From contig JAIVJC010000008.1 of the NCBI GenBank assembly GCA_020200235.1, positions 449 through 64,448 on the forward strand: a DNA stretch of 64,000 nt. Direction: 5' to 3'. The translations under genes were made by a program, and so were the position numbers. A model generated the notes under the pieces. It saw nothing but the letters and a program-made list of their open reading frames with translations. It was not told the DNA's origin and ran no database searches. The DNA comes from Acidobacteriota bacterium. Its GTDB lineage: Bacteria > Acidobacteriota > Blastocatellia > Pyrinomonadales > Pyrinomonadaceae. Positions 49,858-58,363 of the stretch are shown here, piece by piece; position 1 is the first letter of the stretch, and the number at the start of each line of letters is the position of its first letter.

Positions 49858-51066
49858 TTACTTCCCCGAAGGCCGAGTCTTTAGCTTGCCCACCGCGTCC
49901 CTGATCTCGGCGGCGTTGCGCGCGTCGGGCACGTCCTTTAAATACTGCTCGAAGGCGAGCCGGGCGAGATCGAACTTCTGCTGGTGGAAGTAGAGCTGAC
50001 CGAGCATGAGCTGCGCGTAGCCGGCGCGCGCGCCGCCGAGCTCGTAGGCGCGCAGCAGCGAGCGCTCAGCCTCCGGCAGCTGCTTGAGCTGGATCAGACC
50101 GCCGCCGAGCAGCAGGTGCGCGTTGAACCCTGTGGGCTCAAGCTCGGTCGCGCGCCGCAACTCCCTGACCGCCTCCACCATTTTAGCCTCGCGGCTCAGC
50201 ACCCGCCCCAGTTTGTAATGCAGCTCAGCCCGCTCCTCGCGCGAGAGGGTCTCTCCGGCGAGACCGGCGCGCAGAGCCTTGGCGGTCTCAGCCAGGCGTC
50301 CCGCGTCGTAGAGCGCGTCGGCTAAGCTCGCGCGCAGGCCGGGCAGCAACGGGTTCTCTTTGAAGAGCGTCTGGAGCAGGTCGGCGGCTTCGTCGTGCTT
50401 GCCCATGCGGTTGAGCGTGATGCCGAGGTTGAGCCGCGAGGGGGCGAAGCGGTTGCTGATCTTTATCGCGCGCTGGAAGGTGTCGGCTGCTTCCTCCAAC
50501 CGATTAATCTTCATGTAGACGACGCCGAGATCGTTGAGCGCGCGCAGGTACTGCGGGTGAAGACTCACGGCTCGCTTGAGGCTCTCGATGCCGGCGTCGG
50601 TCTGCCCCTTGACTATCGCCTCCATCCCCTCCCTGTAGGCTGACTGCGCGCCCGCCGGCACGTCCGCGTCGAGGGTGGCGACATCGATCACGCCCGCGCG
50701 CGGCGTCGCGGCGGCTTTGAGCGGGCGGAGGAAGACCGTCGTGTAAGGGATGTCGCCCATGTTGGAGAGGCGGAACACGACCGTCGTGTCGTCGTACGTC
50801 TGCCGGTCGCCGTTGACGAAGATGGTGTAGTTGCCGGGCTTCATGAGGGATCGGGGCATGCTGTATTTGCCCTTCGAGTCCGTGTAGAGCGTCTCGATGC
50901 GCCCGTCGTCGCGCGACAGCGTGAACCGTAACTCGTGGCTGAACTGGCCCCCGCCCGGCATGAAAAACTGGATGACGGGCGGAGCGCCCGGGCTTTGGGC
51001 CGAGACGCCGAGCGTGCACAGGAGGATGACGTGCGCGAGGAGAAGAAGGGTTCGCGTGAGTCTCAT
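49858..51066 (-). CDS. Secreted TPR protein with N-terminal beta-sandwich domain (paralogue 1)
   Basis: Signal peptide MRLTRTLLLL..., TDSKGKY beta-domain, multiple TPRs, FEQYLKDVP end. Confidence 0.85.
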   Translation of the reverse strand: MRLTRTLLLLAHVILLCTLGVSAQSPGAPPVIQFFMPGGGQFSHELRFTLSRDDGRIETLYTDSKGKYSMPRSLMKPGNYTIFVNGDRQTYDDTTVVFRLSNMGDIPYTTVFLRPLKAAATPRAGVIDVATLDADVPAGAQSAYREGMEAIVKGQTDAGIESLKRAVSLHPQYLRALNDLGVVYMKINRLEEAADTFQRAIKISNRFAPSRLNLGITLNRMGKHDEAADLLQTLFKENPLLPGLRASLADALYDAGRLAETAKALRAGLAGETLSREERAELHYKLGRVLSREAKMVEAVRELRRATELEPTGFNAHLLLGGGLIQLKQLPEAERSLLRAYELGGARAGYAQLMLGQLYFHQQKFDLARLAFEQYLKDVPDARNAAEIRDAVGKLKTRPSGK

Positions 51067-51228
51067 GTTCGTCGCCCCTCGGCTGCGATGGTTGACCCCT
51101 TGCCGGTTGAGGCGCAAGGATACCTCCGAGGGCGCGGCGCCGTCTAGCCTCACGCCCTCGCCTCGCACGTCGGTGCCGGGGTCGAGCCTTCGGCGTGCGT
51201 GCAGGCGAGCGCGCCGGATTAATTTTCC

Positions 51229-51257
51229 TTGACCTGACTCAGGCACACCGGTATCTT
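51229..51257 (+). promoter_or_regulatory. Putative sigma-70 promoter for TonB receptor 4
   Basis: TTGACC-N17-TATCTT about 230 bp upstream of ATG 51490. Confidence 0.55.
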
Positions 51258-51489
51258 GCCCGCAACGTTGGCAGAACCGAACCGGGGTCGAGGGATTACC
51301 TGCGCGAAGGGTTGTCGTTTTTTCCGTCCCAGCTGAATCCTTTAAAGCTAGCCGTCACGTCTTCAACATCGAGGGGTATCATTCGTCCGGCGAGTGTAGC
51401 TACGAGCACGACCTCCCCCGCCCACACCGCAGTCGCCCGCCGCCAGGCGAGCGCACTCGGGAATCTTAAGCCTCTGGAAGGAGCCCACC

Positions 51490-54400
51490 ATGAAAAAGTT
51501 CATGCCTGCCGTCGCCGCCGCGCTCTGCCTCGCGGCGCTGCTCTCCGCGCACGCCTTCGGGCAAGCCACCACCACCAGCTCCCTTAACGGCTCTGTGACC
51601 GACGCGCAGCACGCCGTCGTCGCGAACGCCAACGTCGTCGTCAGGAACACGGCGACCAGCGCCGAGTTCAACGTCCAGACCGCCGACAACGGCACGTTCA
51701 CCGTGCCCGCGCTGCCCGCCGGCACCTACACGGTGACGATCACGGCGCAGGGCTTCAAGCAGTCGCTCGTGCAGGACGTGAAGGTGGAGCTGACCCGCCC
51801 GGCGTCGGTCAACGTCATGCTCGAGGTCGGCGCGGTGACGGACGTCGTCACCATCACGGGCGGCGGCGAGGTCTTGCAGTCGACGAATGCCACCATCAGC
51901 TCGACCATCACGGGGCGGCAGATCATCGAGCTCCCCTTCGCCACGCGCGACGCGCTCCAGCTCGCCCTCGTGCAGCCGGGGACGCAGACGGCGACCGTGC
52001 CGCGCGCCTCGACGATCAACGGGCTCCCCAAAGCCAGCGTCAACATCACCCTCGACGGCATCAACGTGCAGGACAACCTGCTGAAGTCATCGGACGGGTT
52101 CTTCACCTCGACGCAGGCGAAAGCCGACGCCGTCGGCGAGATGACGCTCTCCTCCGCCGTCCCCGGCGCGGAGAGCGGCGCGGGCGGCGCGTCGCAGATT
52201 CGCTTCTCGACCAAGAGCGGGACCAACGAGTTCCACGGCGGCGGCTTCTGGCAGCACCGTAACACGGCGCTCAACTCGAACTACTACTTCAACAACATCG
52301 ACGGGCTGCGGCGCGACTTCCTCATCCTCAACCAGTTCGGCGGCCACCTCGGCGGCCCCGTCATGAAGAACAAGCTCTTCTTCTTCGTCAACTATGAGGA
52401 GTTCCGTCTGCCCCAATCCTACCCCGCCGCCAGGACGGTTCTGACGGACAAGGCGCGGAGCGGCATCTTCACCTACAAGGATACGGGCGGGGTCGTCCGC
52501 GAGGTCCCCCTCTTCGCCATCGCGGCGGCGCGCAACCCGACCTTGCCGTCGAACGTGCGCCCCTACGCCACCACCGCCGATCCGATCGTCACAAACCTGC
52601 TGGGGCTGTTCGCGCAGGGCGTCGCTCAAGGCGGCACAATCCGCAGCCGCATCGGGAGCGCGAACGACTACAACCGGCTCGACTACAACTTCCAGGCGCC
52701 GGGCACCAACATCCGCCGCTTCCCGACCTCGCGCTTCGACTGGAACATCAACAAGAACCACCAGGTCGAGTTCAGCTACCACTACCAGCAGTACTTCTCC
52801 AACCCTGACGCCGTCAACGGTCAGTTGCCGGTCGTCCCCGGAGCCGGGATCGTGCTCGGGGCGGAGTCGAACACGACGGGCAGCATCCGGCGCAACGCCT
52901 TCTCGTTCGCCGGGGCGCTGCGCTCGACCCTCTCCACGACTTTAGTCAACGAGGCGCGCTACACGCTCGGCAACGGCGGCATCTCGATCTTCGGCGGCGA
53001 GGTGAACCCGACGCTCTTCGCCGGGCGGCGCGGCTACACGCTCGGCTTCCCCTTCGGCAGCAACCCGCAGACGCGCAGCACGCAGTCGCGCCGCCACACC
53101 CCGGTCACGACCATCTACGACACGCTGACCTGGACGAAGGGCGAGCACTCGATCAACTTCGGCGGCAGCCTCACCCACGTCAAAGGCTTCCAGCAGAGCC
53201 AGGGCAGCGAGACGATCCCGGCCGCCAACTTCGGCATCGCCGCCGGCGATCCCGTCAACAACGGCGCGACCGCGATCTTCACCCTGGCGAACTTCCCCGG
53301 CAGCAGCAGCGGTCAGCGCAGCGAAGCCGCCAACCTCTACGCCCTGCTGACGGCGCGCGTGAGCAGCCTCACCTACCGCGCCACGCTCGACGAGGAGCAC
53401 CAGTTCGGCACGACGCCCTTCGAGGAGCAGAACTTCCACAACGAGCTGGGCTTCTACGCGCAGGATCAGTGGCGCTTCCGCCCGAACCTCACGCTCAACT
53501 ACGGCGTGCGCTGGGAGATCGACTTCGCGCCGCGCAACCAGAACGGCGTCTACACCACCGCCGGCTACGAGTCGGTCTACAGCGTTTCGGGTGTCGGCAA
53601 CCTCTTCAAGCCCGGCGTCTACACCAACAACACGATGCCCCAGTTCCGGCTCGTCGATGAGAACACTAAGCCCTACAAGACACGTTACAACGACTTCGCC
53701 CCCTCCTTCGGCGCGGCCTGGTCGCCGAACCTCGGGGCGAAGTCCGAGCTGCTCAGGCGCGTCTTCGGGAAGGGCGGGCAGACGGTCTTGCGCGGCGGGT
53801 ACTCCATCGCCTTCGTGCGCGAAGGCTTCGACACTTTCTACAGCATGTGGGGCCTCAACCCCGGCCCCTTCCTCAGCCTGAGCGTGAGCCCCGGGACGAC
53901 GCCCGCCGACTTCGTCGGCCCGAGCGGGTTCAGCGGTCCCGGCAGCGTCTACTTCCGCGACCCGACTCTGCCGCGGCGGCTCCCGCCCGCGCAAGCCCAA
54001 TTCCCGATCACGCCGGGACCGGGCGAAGATTTCAACGAGTGGTCGCCCAATCTCCGGATGGGCTACGTCCAATCCTGGTCGGTCGGCATCCAGCGCGAGC
54101 TGAGCAAGAACATGGCGTTCGAGATTCGCTACGTCGGCAACCACGGGACGAGCCTCTGGCGTCAGTACGAGCTCAACGAGGTGAACATCTTCGAGAACGG
54201 GTTCCTCGACGAATTCAAGATCGCCCAGGAGAACCTGCGGCTGGCGCGCCTCAGCAACCCGACGAGCAACAACTTCGGCCCGCAGGTTTCCGTGCCCGGG
54301 ACGAGGCCCATCCCGATCATCTCGACGGCTCTCGGCCTGACGACGGACGAAGGTTTCGCGACCACGATCCGGCGCGGGCTGGCGGGCAGCCTCGCGAACA

Positions 54401-55494
54401 GCATCGCGTTCAACACGACCCGCATGAATAATCTGCTGTTCGCCGGCCCCACACAGGCCGGGCTGCCGGGCGTCTCCTGGGTTGAGCTGCCCGGCTCAAG
54501 TTGCACGCGGCCAAACCCACCAGGCTCGCCCTCAGGAACCGTCACCACGGGTCCGTGCCGTGTGTCGAACTTCTTCATCGTCAACCCGCTGGCGACCGGG
54601 GGCTCGTTCCTCGTCACCAACGACGGTCACTCCACCTACAACGCGATGCAGGTGGAGCTCAGGCGGCGGCTCTCGCGCGGCTTGCTGGTGGACGGCAGCT
54701 ACACCTTCGCGAAGTCTCTGACGAACATGTTCGCCAACAGCTCGTCGGTCTTTAGCCAGCCCACGACCTTGCGGGATAAGGGTTACGACAAAGGTCCTTC
54801 GCCCTTCGACCTGCGCCACGCCTTCAAGATCAACGGCATCTACGAGCTGCCCTTCGGGCCCGGTCGCCGCTTCCTGGACAGCACGAACCCGGTCTTCAAC
54901 AAGCTGCTCGAAGGCTGGCAGATCGGCGGGGTGGCGCGCATCCAGTCGGGGACGCCGCTCCGCATCACCGGCGGTCGCGCGACTTTCAACGACAAGGAGA
55001 ACGGCGTGGTGCTCCACAACATCACGCGCAATCAACTCCAGAGCCTGGTCAAGCTCCGGAAGACGCCGAGCGGCGTCGTCTACTGGCTGCCCGACTCGAT
55101 CATCCAGAACTCGCTGGCGGCGTTCGAAGTCGCCGGCGCGCCCCCGCTCGACCCGAGCGCGCCTTACATCGGGCCGCCGACGACGCCGGGCGAGCTCGGC
55201 GCGCGCCTCTTCCTCTACGGTCTCTGGCAGAAGCGTATCGACTTGAACGTGCTCAAGAAGACCCGGATCACGGAGCGGGTTAACATGGAGTTCCGCGCCC
55301 AGTTCTTGAACGCTTTCAACTACCAGAACTTCTTCGCCGGGAGTGTGAACAGCGTCAACAGCCCGATCCTCGGCGACGGGGGCATCGGCTCGCAGTTCGG
55401 CCAGACCCGCTCGGCTTACCGCGACAACACCGTCTCCGGCACCAACGATCCGGGCGGGCGGCTGATCGAATTCCAGATCCGCCTCAACTTCTGA
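51490..55494 (+). CDS. Oar-like TonB-dependent receptor 4
   Basis: AAGGAG RBS; signal peptide; TLDGINVQDN, SGTNEFHG, YAQDQWR, PSFGAAWSP and C-terminal IRLNF. Confidence 0.92.
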   Translation: MKKFMPAVAAALCLAALLSAHAFGQATTTSSLNGSVTDAQHAVVANANVVVRNTATSAEFNVQTADNGTFTVPALPAGTYTVTITAQGFKQSLVQDVKVELTRPASVNVMLEVGAVTDVVTITGGGEVLQSTNATISSTITGRQIIELPFATRDALQLALVQPGTQTATVPRASTINGLPKASVNITLDGINVQDNLLKSSDGFFTSTQAKADAVGEMTLSSAVPGAESGAGGASQIRFSTKSGTNEFHGGGFWQHRNTALNSNYYFNNIDGLRRDFLILNQFGGHLGGPVMKNKLFFFVNYEEFRLPQSYPAARTVLTDKARSGIFTYKDTGGVVREVPLFAIAAARNPTLPSNVRPYATTADPIVTNLLGLFAQGVAQGGTIRSRIGSANDYNRLDYNFQAPGTNIRRFPTSRFDWNINKNHQVEFSYHYQQYFSNPDAVNGQLPVVPGAGIVLGAESNTTGSIRRNAFSFAGALRSTLSTTLVNEARYTLGNGGISIFGGEVNPTLFAGRRGYTLGFPFGSNPQTRSTQSRRHTPVTTIYDTLTWTKGEHSINFGGSLTHVKGFQQSQGSETIPAANFGIAAGDPVNNGATAIFTLANFPGSSSGQRSEAANLYALLTARVSSLTYRATLDEEHQFGTTPFEEQNFHNELGFYAQDQWRFRPNLTLNYGVRWEIDFAPRNQNGVYTTAGYESVYSVSGVGNLFKPGVYTNNTMPQFRLVDENTKPYKTRYNDFAPSFGAAWSPNLGAKSELLRRVFGKGGQTVLRGGYSIAFVREGFDTFYSMWGLNPGPFLSLSVSPGTTPADFVGPSGFSGPGSVYFRDPTLPRRLPPAQAQFPITPGPGEDFNEWSPNLRMGYVQSWSVGIQRELSKNMAFEIRYVGNHGTSLWRQYELNEVNIFENGFLDEFKIAQENLRLARLSNPTSNNFGPQVSVPGTRPIPIISTALGLTTDEGFATTIRRGLAGSLANSIAFNTTRMNNLLFAGPTQAGLPGVSWVELPGSSCTRPNPPGSPSGTVTTGPCRVSNFFIVNPLATGGSFLVTNDGHSTYNAMQVELRRRLSRGLLVDGSYTFAKSLTNMFANSSSVFSQPTTLRDKGYDKGPSPFDLRHAFKINGIYELPFGPGRRFLDSTNPVFNKLLEGWQIGGVARIQSGTPLRITGGRATFNDKENGVVLHNITRNQLQSLVKLRKTPSGVVYWLPDSIIQNSLAAFEVAGAPPLDPSAPYIGPPTTPGELGARLFLYGLWQKRIDLNVLKKTRITERVNMEFRAQFLNAFNYQNFFAGSVNSVNSPILGDGGIGSQFGQTRSAYRDNTVSGTNDPGGRLIEFQIRLNF

Positions 55495-55526
55495 CCCGGC
55501 GATCCGAGATCGACCGGCGCATTAAA

Positions 55527-55570
55527 GAAGGGGCGCGCGAGTTCAACGAACTCGCGCGCCCCTTCCCTTT
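55527..55570. terminator. Bidirectional intrinsic terminator
   Basis: 18-bp stem gaaggggcgcgcgagttc-aac-gaactcgcgcgccccttc between convergent genes. Confidence 0.85.
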
Positions 55571-55584
55571 CCGCGTCGCTGCTC

Positions 55585-56784
55585 TTACTTGCCGCGCAAC
55601 CTGTTCTTGATCTTCACAGTCAGCGCCGTAATCTGCGCCGCGTTCGGCGACTGCGGCACGTCCTTCAGATACTGCTCGAAGGCGCGCAGCGCCGGCTCGA
55701 ATTTATTCTGCTCCAGGTAGAGCTGCCCGAGCAGGAGTTGCGCGTGCCCGACTCCCGCCCCGCCCAGCTCGTAGGCGCGCAGGAGAGACTTCTCCGCCTC
55801 CTCGGGGCGTTTCAACTGGAGCAGCCCGCCGCCCAAGAGCAGGTGCGCGTTCGCCGCGTCGGGCTGTAGCTCGACCGCGCGGCGCAGCTCCTTGACCGCC
55901 TCCGCGACCTTGTCCTCGCGGCTCAGCACGCGCCCGAGTTTGTAGTGCAGCTCGCCGCGCGCCGCGCGGTCGAGCCCTTCGCTGTCGAGCGCGGCGGCGA
56001 GTAGTTTCCGCGCCTCGCCGAGCCGACCCACGCCGTAGAGCGCGTCGGCGTAAGTGACCCGCGCGCCTTCGAGGTTCGGGCTGTCGCGGAAGAGCGTCTC
56101 CAGCAGCGCCACCGCCTCCTCGTGCCGGCCCTGCCGGTTCAGCACCGCGCCGAGGTTGAGGCGCGCGTGGGGGAAGCGGCTGTTGATCTTGATCGCGCGG
56201 CTGAAAGAGTCGGCGGCTTCGTCCAGCCGGTTCGACTTCAGGTAGAGGACGCCGAGATCGTTGAGCGCGCGCAGGTACTGCGGGTGAAGACTCACGGCTC
56301 GCTTGAGGCTCTCGACGGCTTCGGCGAGTCTCCCCTTGCCCGCCGCTTCCATCCCGGCGTCGTATGCGGCGCGCGCCGCGGCGGGCACGCCCAGATCGAA
56401 CTCGGACAGATCGACGACGTTCGCAGGGGGCACCGGCACGCCCTTCAGCGGTCTGAGGAAGACGGGCACGTAGGTGACGCCGCCCCCGGCGACGATGCGG
56501 AAGTTGGTGGTCGTCGTCTCGTAAGTCCGACCGTCGCCGTAAGCGGTCACGGTGTAGCTGCTCTCTTGCGAGAGGCTCCCGGTGAGATCGAATTTGCCCT
56601 TCGAATCCGTGAAGAGGGTTTCGACCCGCCCGTCGTCGCGCGTGAGCGTGAAGCGAATCTCCCGCGCCGGGTGCGACCTGTCGGGCATGAAGAACTGTAT
56701 GACGTGGGGAGCCTGCGCGCGGGCGCTCGCGGCGCACGCCAGGAGGCAGAGGGCGAGGGCGAGACTGTTTCGACGGACGCTCAT
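55585..56784 (-). CDS. Secreted TPR protein with N-terminal beta-sandwich domain (paralogue 2)
   Basis: Collinear with 49858-51066 (VIQFFMP, RFTL.RDDGR.ETL.TDSKGK, LKRAVSLHPQYLRALNDLGV, FEQYLKDVP). Confidence 0.85.
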   Translation of the reverse strand: MSVRRNSLALALCLLACAASARAQAPHVIQFFMPDRSHPAREIRFTLTRDDGRVETLFTDSKGKFDLTGSLSQESSYTVTAYGDGRTYETTTTNFRIVAGGGVTYVPVFLRPLKGVPVPPANVVDLSEFDLGVPAAARAAYDAGMEAAGKGRLAEAVESLKRAVSLHPQYLRALNDLGVLYLKSNRLDEAADSFSRAIKINSRFPHARLNLGAVLNRQGRHEEAVALLETLFRDSPNLEGARVTYADALYGVGRLGEARKLLAAALDSEGLDRAARGELHYKLGRVLSREDKVAEAVKELRRAVELQPDAANAHLLLGGGLLQLKRPEEAEKSLLRAYELGGAGVGHAQLLLGQLYLEQNKFEPALRAFEQYLKDVPQSPNAAQITALTVKIKNRLRGK

Positions 56785-56857
56785 GTGCTCTCAGCCGCCG
56801 CGCCCGATGGTCTCGACCCGACGCGGCGGCTGCGCGATTCTAACCCGGACGACGCGC

Positions 56858-57730
56858 TTACGGGTAAAGCGAATTGAGCAGGTTCGCGAGCCGGTAGCCC
56901 GCGAGCGCGATCCGTCTGCGCGCCGTCGCCTGCGCCTTCGCCTCGTAGGCTGGCGTCGGCTTGGAGTTCTCCGCGAGCGCGTAGACGACCGTGCGCGCCA
57001 GCGCGTTGCCCTCCTCCGCCCACTTCTGCGGGTCGAGTTCTTTAGCCTCCGGCATCGACGCAACCGGGTTCGCCGCGACTATTTCTTTCGCGTAGGCGTC
57101 GAGCCGTCGGCGGTCGCGCGCGTCGAGCGGTCGGTCGGGTCGCCAGAAGTGGAACGAGCCCGCCGCCGAGTCCCAGTAGTAGTGGAGGTGATCGACTTCG
57201 GGCAGGCCCGCGAGCTTGAACTCGTTGCCGCCCGCGTCGCCGTCGAGGTTCGTCGGCGTCACCCGCGTCGAGGCGTGCAGCGGCTGGTGGATGTCACCGA
57301 CGAGGTGGTAGAGGTAGCCGAGCAGCTCCGCGTCCTTCTTGTCCGAGCCGGGGCCCTTGCGCAGCGCGTCCGCCGCCCAGATGATGCGCGCGACGGCGTG
57401 CTCCTTGCCCGGCTGCAACTTCGGGTCGGGCGGCGTGCCGTCGAAGATGGGGATGTCGGTGTAGTGCCACACGCGCAGATCGTCGTGCGTCGAGTCCGCC
57501 TTGATGTCGTCCATCCACGCGCCGAGCGTCGTGCCGTCGTAGGTCTTGCCGCAGAAGCGGATCGTCTTCGCCATCGCGTCCACCTTCGCCTTCGCCGCCG
57601 CGCTCAGGCGCTCGTAGGCGATCTGCGAGACGAGCAGGTGCCCCGCGTCGTCCCACGCGAGGGCGGTCTGCGGCGCGAGCAGCAGCAGCGAGAGCAGGAG
57701 CGGCAGAGCCTTCAAACTTTTTCCCATCAT
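56858..57730 (-). CDS. S1/P1 nuclease, secreted
   Basis: AW.D.GH mature N-terminus, W.DD, WHY, HLVGDIHQPLH, D.GGN, LH.YWD and LAGYRLA motifs. Confidence 0.92.
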   Translation of the reverse strand: MMGKSLKALPLLLSLLLLAPQTALAWDDAGHLLVSQIAYERLSAAAKAKVDAMAKTIRFCGKTYDGTTLGAWMDDIKADSTHDDLRVWHYTDIPIFDGTPPDPKLQPGKEHAVARIIWAADALRKGPGSDKKDAELLGYLYHLVGDIHQPLHASTRVTPTNLDGDAGGNEFKLAGLPEVDHLHYYWDSAAGSFHFWRPDRPLDARDRRRLDAYAKEIVAANPVASMPEAKELDPQKWAEEGNALARTVVYALAENSKPTPAYEAKAQATARRRIALAGYRLANLLNSLYP

Positions 57731-57792
57731 TTCAACTCCAAAAGCGTTTTATGAGAGCAGGGTAATACCTATCCTCTAAGGTGCAGGCATTC

Positions 57793-58363
57793 CTATGCCT
57801 CGTAGGGACCCAAGAACCGCGCACCGTTGAAGTGAATCATGTGGGTAGCTGCCTCGGCAACCCACACCTCGGTCTCTCCATGATATTTCGCCGAGGTATT
57901 TGAGCAGCGTCCTGCGGTCGAGGAATGCGGTGACGAATACCAAACCCGCCTTCGAGCCACGGAATAGGGCTTTCAATTCTTCGTGGCGTTTCGGGTTCAC
58001 GGGTCCGTGGCTCGTGACGGCTTCGACGAGCACCAACCAATTCCGCTCGACGTGATGCACGACGACATCAGGCATCTTGCCGTGCGCGTCCACGCTGATT
58101 CCTAGCTCCGCGAAAGTCTCCTGATCGAAGATCGCCCACTTCTCGTCGGCATCGCCGACGTAGACCACCCTACCGCCCGGCGTGAAGTAGGGGCAAAAGT
58201 CCTCGATGATTCTAGCGATCAAAACGTTCTGACCGCCCGCCGAGAGCGTGAAGGTTCGACCTGTCGGTGTCGTGACAGGTATGCGGCTCATCTCGCGCGC
58301 CTGCGTGTATTTCTCCTGTAGCGTCTCAACGGTCGGCAGATAGGCCTGCAATTTTTGCTCCCA
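57793..58363 (-). pseudogene. BsuBI/PstI-family restriction endonuclease C-terminal part, cut off by an in-frame TAG and carrying a +1 frameshift at about 57877
   Basis: LSAGGQN, HGKMPDVV, WLVLVEAVTSHGP and FVTAF motifs. [25 protein letters not shown] is restored by removing one A. Confidence 0.85.
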
